A stretch of 63,789 nucleotides of DNA, filler included, from Octopus bimaculoides (GCF_001194135.2; 7 parts of 5 records of this genome joined end to end with filler, not necessarily neighbours in it); one strand, 5' to 3'. Positions 51,990 through 63,747 are shown, numbered from the whole stretch's first letter. The notes: generated by a model not told the origin, from the sequence alone. A program made the numbers and translations.

Positions 51990-52450
51990 CTCCGCCACGT
52001 ACGCCGGTGGAATAAACTTCGGCAATGTGTTTGAGAATTGTATAAAAGTTCTGGAAATTTTTCTCCGCCATAAATCCATACATTTCTCGATACGTAGATT
52101 CGTCGACGCGAAACCGTTTCATATGGCCAGATTATTCAGTGACATACTTCAACCGTCTTTTGATTCGAGACCAATATGCCTCAATTCGTTTTGTGCAAGC
52201 GCAGGTTTCAGAGTCAACGAAATTCGTTGAATGGTTCACTATTCGGTAAATATAGCCAGGTTGATGTAAATTTCTATACCTGGCCCATTTATCGCTATTA
52301 ATTACAGAACCGGGCAACACATTTTCTATTATCAGAGCTTCCAGTGTTGCTGTGCTTCGGTCGGGTACGCGCTGTAAAAATCCTTTCTTCACAATGGTGT
52401 CATGACACCTGGCAACCCACGTTTCATGGCCTACCCTCCCTACGTTGTCA
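51990..52450 (-). mobile_element. Merlin (IS1016/IS1595-related) DDE transposase C-terminal fragment
   Basis: NVGRVGHETWV..KKGFLQRVPDRSTATLEALIIENVLPGSVINSDKWARYRNL..VNHSTNFVDSET..TKRIEAYWSRIK, then frameshift to RVDESTYREMY..KHIAEVY. SDxWxxY, VNHS..FVD and IExxW are ISXO2/Merlin hallmarks. Confidence 0.88.
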
Positions 52451-52538
52451 TATCCTCCCTCCCTTTGTCATGTGACTCCGGGAAATTACTGTGAAAGAAA
52501 TCTTTGCAGAAAGGTGAGTAGATTGATTACATATTTCC

Positions 52539-53002
52539 GGCGATCCTTCGATACTAGGCCATTACAACTTCCGGTCGTTGCGCGCACGCATACTGATTAC
52601 ATGATCGTATAGTGCGTTTATATGTTTAAAGTTTCAGTTCGGATGGCACCTTACTCACTCGCACCTTGGCCACACGTTTGCCGCAGTACGAAGGCAAGAG
52701 CACCCATTCCTCTGTCCTTATTGCCTCTGTGGAGTGCTTTATTGCTTCTTCCTCCGTTGTGAAGCGCACCTCCACAGTGGCGTATCTCCTCCCTATACTG
52801 ATTACATGATCGTATAGTGTGTTTATGTGTTTAAAGTTTGAGAACCGTATGCATCTGAGGGGGAGAAGGTTTGAGTTTCTATTTAATGTTGTCTTTTCAT
52901 ATTTTCAAGTCATTGAAAAACAAACGCACTATACGATCATGTAATCAGTATGCGTGCGCGCAACGACCGGAAGTTGTAATGGACTAGTATCGAAGGATCG
53001 CC
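52539..53002. mobile_element. 464-bp non-autonomous DNA element with 81-bp TIRs and a captured LINE ORF1 fragment
   Basis: TIRs 52539-52619 and 52922-53002 are 80/81 identical and start GG; flanks CATATTTCC and CATATTTCT (9-bp TSD, 1 mismatch), compatible with Merlin or MULE. Confidence 0.88.
52635..52793 (-). pseudogene. 53-codon fragment of an L1/Tx1-type ORF1 RRM region inside the TIR element
   Basis: GRRYATVEVRFTTEEEAIKHSTEAIRTEEWVLLPSYCGKRVAKVRVSKVPSEL aligns without gaps to GRKFATVLVRFKSEELAKEFSTLSLHTDDLVMIPSYLGQRVTKVTVKNVPSQV (ORF 38231-38959); 27/52 identical by hand count. Confidence 0.85.
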
Positions 53003-53031
53003 CATATTTCTTTCATTATTTGTGCGATTTA

Positions 53032-53840
53032 AGGCAGCAGAAACGTTAGCAGGCCGGGCGAAATACTTAGCAGTATTTTGTCTGTCTTTACTTTCTGAGT
53101 TCAAATTCCGCCGAGGTCGACTTTGCCTTTCATGGTCGATAAATTGAGTACCAGCTGCGTACTGGAGTCGATCTATCGACTGGTCCCCTCCCCAAAAGTT
53201 TCGGGCCTTGTGCCAAGAGTTGAAAAAAAATTATTTGTGAGATTTGACTGNNNNNNNNNNNNNNNNNNNNNNNNNNNNNNNNNNNNNNNNNNNNNNNNNN
53301 NNNNNNNNNNNNNNNNNNNNNNNNNNNNNNNNNNNNNNNNNNNNNNNNNNNNNNNNNNNNNNNNNNNNNNNNNNNNNNNNNNNNNNNNNNNNNNNNNNNN
53401 NNNNNNNNNNNNNNNNNNNNNNNNNNNNNNNNNNNNNNNNNNNNNNNNNNNNNNNNNNNNNNNNNNNNNNNNNNNNNNNNNNNNNNNNNNNNNNNNNTTT
53501 TCAGAATCTGAATCTCCATAGCCGAAAATGTAGGATTCCGTAAACAAAAAAGAAATATCTAAAGGGTGAGAGGAGGGGCCTTTACGTCTCCGCCATGTGT
53601 GCCCTGATACCAACATATTCTTTTCTACTCTAGGCACAAGACCCGAAATTTTGGGGGAAGGGGGCAGTAGATTAGATCGACACCAGTACGCAACTGGTAC
53701 CTAATTTATTAATTTATCGACCCCGAAAGGATGAAAGGCAAAGTCGACATCGGTGGAATTTGAACTCAGAACGTAAAGACGGACGAAATACCACTAAGCA
53801 TTTCGTCCGGCGTGCTGACGATCCTGCCAGCTCGCCGCCT
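53032..53840. mobile_element. Inverted pair of SINE family A copies (+ 53032-53225, - 53615-53840)
   Basis: Direct similarity, tail-to-tail across an N gap. Confidence 0.85.
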
Positions 53841-54705
53841 CATAACTACAATAATAATAATAATAATAAGCAATCAATGTTAAAAACAAAGTGAATTGAC
53901 TACAGTGAGAATCGAAACCAAATCGCAGAATCAGTTACCTGAAAAATTATTTCCTATTCAACTAAACTTATTTCTGATTATAGGAATTTAAGGGTTACTT
54001 CTTGGCACGTGTGTTTGTACATCTGTGAGGAGCATTGAGGTTTCTGATACATTAAATAAATATGTGAGGCAACCAGTTGGGGGGGGCAGGTGGGGGAGAC
54101 CAAGAACTGTATTCTAAGGCGATCTAATGAAAAACGGAGATAACCGAAATAATTTCTTTTAACTGATGTTTTTAAACGGAAGAACATTGTGCACAGAACT
54201 GAGAAACGAATTATCAAAGCGTAAATAATGTTATCGTAGGTTCAAATGGAATCAAAGACTGAAAAAGCAGTGGAAAATTTGACATTTTTTTGAGTGTTTG
54301 TTGATAAACCTGGCTGAAAGTTATCCCTTAATAAAATATAAAAGAAATGCGGAACGCATTTAAAAAAAAAGAGTTTTTTGAATGTTTAACACGAGACCGA
54401 CTGCGGAGCTTTGCTGTGGTCATTCATTTTCTTACTAATGGCAGCAAAATCTCCCATAAATTAATTACGTTGATCATGGCTGAAACATCTTGGATTATAG
54501 GTCTGCTTCATCAGAGTTGATTTGTAATTAAGCAAAAAGTTCACATAAAAGATTAGCTGAAAATATTTCAAACAGAAGATCAATCGTTTATTGTAACCCT
54601 AGATAGACTATAGCTGATAAGAAACATGGGATGGACATAGGCAGAAATAGGTTCGATCATAGCTTTGAGGTATCATGGCTGACTTTACAGCATGATCTCT
54701 CATTA

Positions 54706-54769
<64 letters not shown>

Positions 54770-54869
54770 NNNNNNNNNNNNNNNNNNNNNNNNNNNNNNN
54801 NNNNNNNNNNNNNTTAATTAATTAANNNNNNNNNNNNNNNNNNNNNNNNNNNNNNNNNNNNNNNNNNNN
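54770..54869. other. Artificial scaffold-joining linker
   Basis: N44-TTAATTAATTAA-N44. Confidence 0.97.
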
Positions 54870-54906
<37 letters not shown>

Positions 54907-55311
54907 GTCTATGTTTCAAGTTGTGTCCTTTCATGCCAAGAAGTTAACTTTGTTATTCACTAAAATAAGGAGTCAATCTGATTGACTTGAAGTCTTGAAA
55001 ATGGTACCCCAACATGGCCAGAGTTAAATTATTGAAACCACTTAAAATGTGTGAAAATTATCAATATTTAGAAACTAACTTAGTGTCTAGGAAATATTTC
55101 AGTTATCAGCAAAATATGCCTGCAGGGTTGGCTGATGTTACTAAACCCTTGATCCAGAACCAGAATTCTTGACATTAAGGGATGTAATGGTACTTAAATT
55201 CGATTGGCTCTTGTATTGTTAATGGTAAAGTCTAACTTGGCTATAAGAAACAAAAAAAAATTGAAAAATTTCAGAACCGAGATAATTTTATTAAAAATTA
55301 GCATCACTTAC

Positions 55312-55576
55312 GTTTAGATGGACAACCTAGAGGTGAAGAAAATGGTCGAGGTTGGAGAGACCCTCCACTCGATCCAATGACGCCACCATTACTACTAGTA
55401 ATGCCACTGCTGGTTCCTGGAACTGCTATTGTACTTGGGGTTCCTGGGGCCACAGCTCCTTTTGGTGGCATACTTGTAACATTAGCTGGTGAGAAACTGC
55501 TGTCTGAAGCTGCTGATGTACTTGCCACAGCTGGTAATACTGTTGTTGCTGTTGCTGTTGCTGTTGCTGTTGTTAG

Positions 55577-55612
<36 letters not shown>

Positions 55613-55629
55613 AGATGACACTGTTGATG
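55312..55629 (-). CDS. PHF8: PHF8/KDM7-family demethylase, S/T/P/G-rich exon with poly-Thr
   Basis: ttctctttaaaag acceptor, phase 1 matching the previous exon; (A)STVSSTTTTTTTTTTTTL..LGCPSK; perfect C/GTAAGT donor at 55311 (read-through gives RK-stop at 55304). Confidence 0.75.
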
Positions 55630-56598
55630 CTTTTAAAGAGAAATAAATTAGGCTACTGTAGCTTTTAAAAAGATTTACAAATGAATACGTACATAAGTAG
55701 GAATCAGACATCAGTAAACAATTAGATGATAAAACAATCCAAACAAGCATTGAAGAAAAGATACAACTTAGAATTGCTTTAGCAATAATAAAAAAAAACA
55801 ATTGTCTAGAAGAGCAAATAAAAGAAAGTAGAGTAGAATTCTGATTTCAAGCATTGTGACCCTGTCAGCAGTTACAATGTTAATGAGTTATACACAGAAT
55901 CAGTTAGTAGTAGGAGCTGCTAGATGCTAGAGGTAACAGGTAGTTTCTGGTGTGGATGTAATCTAAATAGAGCTGATGTTGTAATAAAAGTATAGAAGTT
56001 GAATTGTGAAAGGGATAGAAAAGGTTCAATAAGTTAATACCTATACAAGAATCAAAAGGTTCCTTCATCAAGTCAAAAAGAAGATTGATGAAGTATGTGT
56101 AAGAAGCATAACATTGCAAGACAATGCAACATGGGTACTGAATGTTGAAAATCTGTAAAGGATGTTGAGAAATAAGTATGATTTGATACATTTGCAAAAA
56201 AATTTGAGTGCAAATGGCTGGCCATTAAATGCATAACTGATATATACAGAAGACAAAACTACATGAGTATGAACATGTAATGTGAACAGATGACAAGTGT
56301 TGCATGCCAACAAGACTGAAGATGATGTGGAAAGAAGTGATATGGTCTTGTAAATAAATTGATAAAGAGTCAGGATGAGTAACAATGCTATTTTTCAGAC
56401 CTATTCAACCTACACTTGCATAGAGAAACAGACCCCAAAATAAGGCTGGTAGTGACAATAAGGATAACATACTGAATTTAATCAGTTTTGAGACTAAATT
56501 AAGGCACCGACAAAGTGTGTAATTAAATACAGCTACACATATTGAGAAGTTACAATAAAATTTTAAATCCTCATTGTCACAAATTCAAACAAGATTAC

Positions 56599-56707
56599 CT
56601 GGTGATAAATTGTGAGAAGCTGAATGCCCAGGAGACATTGAAGGCTGGATGTCTTCAGGAGATTCTTCAGTTTTTAATCTTTTACGGTTACCTTTTTTAG
56701 ATTTTGC
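56599..56707 (-). CDS. PHF8: PHF8/KDM7-family exon
   Basis: ttttttttcag acceptor, gtaatc donor, 109 nt, phase 0 to 1; AKSKKGNRKRLKTEESPEDIQPSMSPGHSASHNLSP. Confidence 0.85.
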
Positions 56708-56842
56708 CTGAAAAAAAAATGGAACCAGGGAAATTAATCAAAATTGTTATAATTACATGAACTACTTTGTTTCTATAAATTCATGTAATATCCACTTTGC
56801 CTCTATATACATGTAAGCACACACAATTTATCAACAACTTAC

Positions 56843-56952
56843 AATAGTTTCATATTTTGCTGCTGTTGCTGCCAATGTGCTTTCCATTGATTCCCTTCGA
56901 GCATTATCACGTGCTACTCGTTCCCGCTTTTCACCAGATACTTGAACACGTG
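56843..56952 (-). CDS. PHF8: PHF8/KDM7-family exon
   Basis: 110 nt, phase 1 to 0, gtaag donor; ARVQVSGEKRERVARDNARRESMESTLAATAAK (cf. PHF8 ARVTP..[21 protein letters not shown]). Confidence 0.9.
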
Positions 56953-57692
56953 CTGAAATAGAAATGAAATATTTTCCATTAAATTGAGAGGAAAATTATG
57001 ATGACAACATTCCTAATGTTGCAATATTTTAATCATCACCCTATACTTTGATTAACACTTCACAACAAACGTTAGATGTATAAACTGAGTGATTTAGACT
57101 TTTGACATATTTTGAAATATAGTCAATCTTTATGCTTTCATTTGAATACAAGATACTTTCGTTTACCAATTTTTGACTCTTCAAGTTTTGATTACCATAA
57201 TCAAAAGCAGAAAGTTTGAGAAAGATTTTTTATATCAGCGTCTTCTTTTTATAAACAATTAATGTACTAAAAGCATATCCTCAGAGATCACTTGGATTAA
57301 TTTTGGATTTATGTTTTCATTGTAAGGTCCATAATAATCATGACTATAGATTGAGTGAGTGTCAATGATTCATGCACCAACATGTTCACAAGCTCTTAGA
57401 TACTCAGTTTCTCTATATTCTCCTTCCTCTTCTCAAGGAGCTAAATGCATATACTCTTCCCACATGTCAGTTAAAACACTTCTCCCAGCCTCTCCTAATG
57501 AGAACTTACAACGTTCAGAAAATCTCTAACCACCAATGCATTTTCACAAACATTTGGCCAGTTGGGAAAAGAAGAATCTGCAAATACCCAATTCCTTATA
57601 GGCATTTAAAAGAAAATATTTTAGCCAGAATTTTTAAAGTGTAAAGACGAAAGAGTTTTAAAAGAAAAAAACTTGAGAAAAAAATGTAACAC

Positions 57693-57785
57693 CTTTTGGA
57701 TTCCACGTTTCATCTTTTTTCTGCTTGCCTCTAGGTTTAAATATATGTGGATCTTCATCATCAGATATGTCTAAAGATGGATAAA
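57693..57785 (-). CDS. PHF8: PHF8/KDM7-family exon
   Basis: 93 nt, phase 1 to 1; IYPSLDISDDEDPHIFKPRGKQKKDETWNPK (cf. PHF8 IYPSLESDDDDP..DAPWSPK); weak donor GTGTTA. Confidence 0.92.
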
Positions 57786-59270
57786 CTAGAAAGGAAATAA
57801 AATAGCAGAAAATATAATGAGTAAAGATATACATAGAACTCATTACAGCTTTAAATTAAAGTGAAGTTCTGTAATTGCTGCATGTACAAGGTTACTTCAA
57901 AAACTGTAAATTCCAAATCCTTTGCGAATCTCAAGATTTTTCACAATTTTTTGGCTGATCTCATGATTCACATAAGGCTGACCAAAACCTTATGAAGGAA
58001 ATTTAGTAAACTGAAACAGTGTGGAAAGAAACCTAAGGGACCATTCCTGTTACTAGGGAATAGACTTAATCTGTCACCCAGTTTGACACCATCATTTGAC
58101 TCTAAGATGCTTTTAGCAAAGTCCAGTGTTGCAGGCATTTGGGCCTAGTCTTTGATCTGAGGATAACGTTCCCCTTTGGAGGCCCTGAGAAAGATTGTGG
58201 ATAGTAAAAATAAGTTTTTACTATATTTTTGTAACACTATCACACTAGTATCAAGTTTAGATATTTCTGTGAGATAACAATTCTGCTGTTTCTTAATAAT
58301 CAATACATTACTAACCAATAGCACCTAAGCTATCAAATTTGTATTAGACAGACACAACTCTGTAAAAAGAAGCAAATCATTAGATTACTAAACCTTACTT
58401 TGATAACAAATCAAGAAGTTCTTAAAATTAGTGATGGCATTGCTGGGCCATTGTTTACAAAATTAATTTGTAAAATGATCCCGGCTATACATATTAAATA
58501 TGATTTTACACATGCATAGATGCATGATTTTTTCATATTTTGCATCATGTAAATATATATCATGAAAAATAATATTTATTTTCCCAGAAAGATAGATAAT
58601 TATGGCAGTGTTCTTTCTATCACTTTCAACATTATCCTGTGGAGCTAGACTATCCCCACTAAATACTTTTCCTCTCTATCCATATCAACTTTAATAGATG
58701 GAAACATGCAAAGTGTATCCTATCTACAAAAAGAGGAGCCCATATTTACCCAACCTATTGCCTCACTTTCAATATCTCAGCTTTGATGAATATTCATGAA
58801 TAATTACATCTTTTGTTACCATAAGTTTTTTGTCTTTCACAATAACTAGCAATACAGTTTTGGTAGATCAACCTTTATCCTACATCAAACAAGTGATTTT
58901 TTCAACAAAAGTAATGTTGTTATCTTTGATATCTGGAAAACTCAAGAACATCTAATGAAACGGCTCATCTGTGAGCTACAATGAACTCTCATTACTTGGA
59001 TTACCAGTTACTTGACAGATTACTCTATCATAGTTGATATACAGAAAAGTCATGCTTCAATCCAAATTCTATTAACAGAAACAACTTTAATGAATGAAAA
59101 TCCTGAAAACAACATCAATTATGACAACCAAGTTTCTTTCAAGAACACCACATCTAAAAAATACTCAAAACTATATCATCTTTATTCATAAAAAAATTTA
59201 CAACTAAAATCTTCACAATTTCTATAAATGCTTGGTTTCAAAACTCTGATGATCATCTCAAGGTGGCTAC

Positions 59271-59334
59271 ATCATCATCATCGTTTAACATCCGCTTTCC
59301 ATGCTAGCATGGGTTGGATGATTTGACTGAAGAC
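59271..59334 (-). mobile_element. 3' fragment of an RTE-related SINE/LINE tail with (GAT)n end
   Basis: ATCATCATCATCGTTTAACATCCGCTTTCCATGCTAGCATGGGTTGGA; family assignment inferred. Confidence 0.45.
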
Positions 59335-59948
59335 TATATTTATAAATCAAATTGCAATTGAAACACTAAGCTTTCACTTTAGAGTCAAAACTACCTTAAC
59401 TCAAACTAGAATACTGCTTTCGTATCTGAGACAGAATAACTGTTATATGCACAAATATTCTAGACTACACACCTACAAATGCCTACCAACATTGTTAAAC
59501 TTTTACTTACTATAACACCAGAGCCACTAACATACTGACAAATCATGCTCTCGTTATGTGTATCATACCCTTACTATAACAGTTCCTGCTCTTCTGAACT
59601 AGTAATTAGTATACCACTATCAACCAAATTCATCTTCCTTACATCATACCCATCGTCTTGCTACTAAAACCCTCCACTAAACACTTTGCCCCAACTATCA
59701 CTGCTTGAAATGCAACATTCTGCAACTCTCTGTATGTCTACATTTTCCCTATTCACTATGGGAAACCACAATGACCTCACCAGCCATAAAGGCCTTACAA
59801 AAACAATGAGTACAAGCCTTCCTCTGCAGGTTAAAATGCTAAAACGAAAATAAGTATACATTTTGGCAATATGTTTCATGGTTTTGGTGTTTGTTTTATA
59901 ATTTTTGACCAATTTCTCATTTTTAACTTTTACAAAGTGTATACTTAC

Positions 59949-60133
59949 TGTATTCATCATCTTTATAGCAAACTCCCAATTGCTCTTCTTCATCAGGTTG
60001 TGGACCTGACCATTGTTTACGACCTTTACCAGTACCTAAAGCAGCACCTCCTGAAAACAACTGTGGGCTCCCCATACGACTCATAGATAGCATGCCTTGA
60101 ATGGCATCCCGCATTGTCGGTGATGGAGCACTG
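59949..60133 (-). CDS. PHF8: PHF8/KDM7-family exon (most upstream one on this scaffold)
   Basis: gtatttctttatttag(cag) acceptor, gtaag donor; SAPSPTMRDAIQGMLSM..DEEEQLGVCYKDDEY (cf. PHF8 SPSTQEAIQGMLCM..LGACFKDAEY). PHD and JmjC exons lie off-scaffold. Confidence 0.92.
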
Positions 60134-60685
60134 CTAAATAAAGAAATACAAAAAATGTCATATTTAATTAAACATATTTTGATGATTTAAGCAAGTGAAT
60201 ATTTGTAATGCCCACTGAAAATATATTAACTAAATTTAACTATTTACACTCAAAAACGATTTTAATATTGCTAATCAGTGAAAAGTAGTATTTTTCAAAA
60301 TTTAGACTCAAGCTAAACTTTAGTATTTACTTACTTGAAAAGTCTTTCCATTACAATTGTTTACAAATAAAAAAAAGTACAGTAGAGTAGTAAATCATTT
60401 TAATAACTGAAGTAGCAAAGAAAAATTATCTAGTACTTAGGTATATAAAATCATGAGATTTAGCAGGCAGATCACAAATGATTAAGAAAACTAATACAAC
60501 TAGGGTCATTTTATGCTGTCATCTTTCAATTAAAAAACTTCTTATATTTTTTAAAATGGAAAATTTGTTTGTAAGTTTTAAAATTTTCTCAATGCAGGCC
60601 TACCATATGTATTCACAAAGCTAGAAATGGCAACGAACAGAATGCAGATCAAATATTGAACTGCCATCCACAAAAAATCAACACA

Positions 60686-60970
60686 TCTATATATATAAAG
60701 ATGAGAATGTGTGTCTGTCTGTGTGAATCCCTAAAACTTGAGAACTACACAAACAATTTCATTCAAATTTTACACATGCCTTACTTAGGGTCCAGGTAGT
60801 GTTTTAGGCCCAAAAAGTTTTAACTTCTTCCTTAGTGCGAGGCCAGTGCAATATCACATCTCCTCCACTATTGCAGTATTACATGTCAAAAGTGAAACAA
60901 TAACATCTCTCTATTGTAAATTCAGTTTCACTTGAATACTGAAACTATTAAAGTGAAACTATTATCTCAC
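60686..60970 (+). mobile_element. Non-autonomous Helitron-like element 5' part in the PHF8 intron
   Basis: A/TCTATATATATAAAG 5' end; same family as 17095-17401. Confidence 0.7.
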
Positions 60971-61052
60971 ATATATACAGGCATACATACATATATACAT
61001 ACTTACATATATATAATATATATAAGGCTATATATATATATATATATGTATA

Positions 61053-61152
61053 NNNNNNNNNNNNNNNNNNNNNNNNNNNNNNNNNNNNNNNNNNNNTTAA
61101 TTAATTAANNNNNNNNNNNNNNNNNNNNNNNNNNNNNNNNNNNNNNNNNNNN
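61053..61152. other. Artificial scaffold-joining linker
   Basis: N44-TTAATTAATTAA-N44. Confidence 0.97.
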
Positions 61153-61944
61153 AAAGCTTAGTTCAAACCATACAACTGTTCATCGTCATCTTCAATAACT
61201 TGAAAGGGTTCCTAAACCTGGAAAATGGGTGCCTCATGAATTGTCGGAAAGCAACCGCAAATCCCTAGCTGGCATCTGCTCTTCTCTCCATTCTCGCGAA
61301 CTCAGTTCATTCTTTTTGGATAGACTTCTGACTGGTGATGAAATATGGATCATCTATCGAGATGTTAAACGTCGTAAACAGTGACTTTGTAAAAGGGAAA
61401 AGGCTCAACCACAACCGAGAAGGGAACTACATGGAAAAAAGGTTCTTTTCTCTATCTGGTGGGATTGCAAAGGAGTAATTTACTTTGAATTGTTACCACC
61501 TAATACAACAATCAATGCTCATATCTACTGTCAACAATTAGAGCATTTGAACCAAGCTTTGAAGAAAAAAAGACCTGCTTTTGCGAATCGAAAAGGTGTG
61601 ATGTTTCATCAGGACAATGCGCAACCCCACACTGCAAAGACCAAATTCCCCACCAACCTTATTCTCCTGACCTTGCTCCTTCAGACTACCATTTGTTTCA
61701 TAGTTTACAGAATTATTTGGGGGACATAACTTTCGCAAGCCAGGAAGAGGTTGAATCTAACATTTTAGAATTCTTCGCTTTGCAAACCAAGGAGTTTTAC
61801 ATTGGTGGGATTTAAAAGGTTGTAAATAGATAGAAGAAAATCATAGATAATCAGGGAAAGTACATTGATGATGAAATTTCAATTAAATATAACATTTGAT
61901 CACTTTATTCAAAATTCGGACAGAACTTATGGGATGACCTGATA
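61153..61944 (+). mobile_element. Decayed mariner (DD34D) transposase with 3' TIR
   Basis: GKWVPHEL..LLTGDEIW..KKVLFSIWWDCKGV..HQDNAQPHTA, then ~30-nt deletion and frameshift, PYSPDLAPSDYHLF..QGKYIDD. Several stops. Ends GAACTTATGGGATGACCTGA-TA. Confidence 0.95.
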
Positions 61945-62657
61945 TTTAGTTCATACTTTATACCAAGAAAGCTTTTTGTTGGACATTCTGACGTTCGTAT
62001 CAGTCGATTACATCGATTTCTACTCATCTTTAACCCAGATTTATGATAACGTATCTGAATTCAGTCGGATTTGATCGCTGAACGTAAAGCAATATAACTA
62101 AATCCTGCAGCTATTTTTCTAATTTTCTCTTAGTTCTATCATGGGATTTATGGGATTTCCTTGCCTTCTTTTTAAAAGCTGTAATATCTACTAAGCACTA
62201 ATAATGAACGAAATATTCTCAGAGAACCCACTAAGCAAAATGAAATTTATTTTGTGAAAATGAAAGATTTTCTGCAATCATTAAAAAACTATGGTTTAAA
62301 ATGCTTTGAAACATGAAACAAATATCGCGAGTAATCTTGAAACTTCGCTAGGACATTTTGCAAAACACTATCATTCAGTACTCTTGATAAGAGATGCATT
62401 AGTGTTTTTAAAAACGTCTAGAACCACTTCATACAGGGTCTCTGAAATCATTCGGTCAGATATTGAAGAGCTGTCGCTTCTTGAATCCCCAGCCATTGTG
62501 ATATATTGTCCTGTATTTTGATGGCGAGGGCAAGATCGTTGACACAATGCAATGAGCCAAGATTTGCGACAAGCACTTCCAGGATCTTTCAGTCTGTTCC
62601 AGGATTTTCCAGGGGTATCCAGAAATATATGAAAGCATAATCTCTCTCTCTTTGTAT

Positions 62658-62757
62658 NNNNNNNNNNNNNNNNNNNNNNNNNNNNNNNNNNNNNNNNNNN
62701 NTTAATTAATTAANNNNNNNNNNNNNNNNNNNNNNNNNNNNNNNNNNNNNNNNNNNN
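62658..62757. other. Artificial scaffold-joining linker
   Basis: N44-TTAATTAATTAA-N44. Confidence 0.97.
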
Positions 62758-63747
62758 GTGTGTGTATGTGTATCTTTGTATCAGTGTTTTCCCTTACCTA
62801 CCACATGACAATCGGTGCTGGTGTGTTTGCGTCCGTGCAACTTAACGGTACGGTTAAAAGGCTGACAGAATAAACATCAGTCTTCAAAATAAATAAATAA
62901 ATAAATAAATAAATGTAGGGGTCAATTCATTCGACTAAAAATTTTTCAAGGTGATGCTCCAGCATGACTGTAGTCTAATGACTGAAAAAAATAAAAAACA
63001 AAGAAAAAGATTTAAAAAAAAACCTGATGAAATGTACTTTAGAATTGTACGTAAGAGTGGATGAAGCTAACCAACTTTTGTGCCAAATAACTTTTTGCCA
63101 ATACCTTCTTCTCCAGAGCACAAAATTTATTCAGATGTGCCAAGCCTTGTATGTAAAGTGATCCAGTTATTTCTGAACTTTTAATCATATAACTACGAAA
63201 CAGAATCAGTGAGATAATGTACGTCAAAATGGAAACGAAATACGTAAGACCAAACGACTCACCGTTTCTTTTATATTCTCAAGACACTACATCATTTCAG
63301 TTTGAAATTTAAGCCTTATAAATTCATTAACACGTTCTAAAACCATTCCCATAAGACTTCGTCAATTATGTCTGAAATACAAACCTTTTAAAATACAATG
63401 TCACGTGCAGAAATCATTCTTTGCCGTCGGCATCAGTTCGTTTGTTTTGCCTTGTTTTTATTTGTTTCTCTGGTTTTTGCTGTTCTTTTAAATATTTGTT
63501 TGTGACTCGAATCTGAAAATCCTAAGGACACTGACTATTATTTTCATGTATAAACACGGCTGTATAGTTGAGAAGTTCGCTTCGTAACTTTCTGGCTGAA
63601 GGATCAGTCCCACTGCATGGCTCCTCTCGCAAGTGTCTTCTACCGACCAGTGCGAATGAGTGAATTTGGTAAACGGAAACTGCGCAGAGACCCGTCATAT
63701 ATACATAAGCGCGCGCGCGCACACACACACATACATAGGGAGGTACA

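Noticed and set aside
55860-56400. Possible extra PHF8-like exon in the intron (ORFs 55904-56197, 56068-56385)
   Set aside because: Frames compatible with the flanking phase hit stops, and there is no similarity to KDM7 proteins.
62306-62640. Protein-like short frames (e.g. LVANLGSLHCVNDLALAIKIQD.., MAGDSRSDSSSISDRMISETLYE..)
   Set aside because: Short, no recognisable family, no consistent splice signals.
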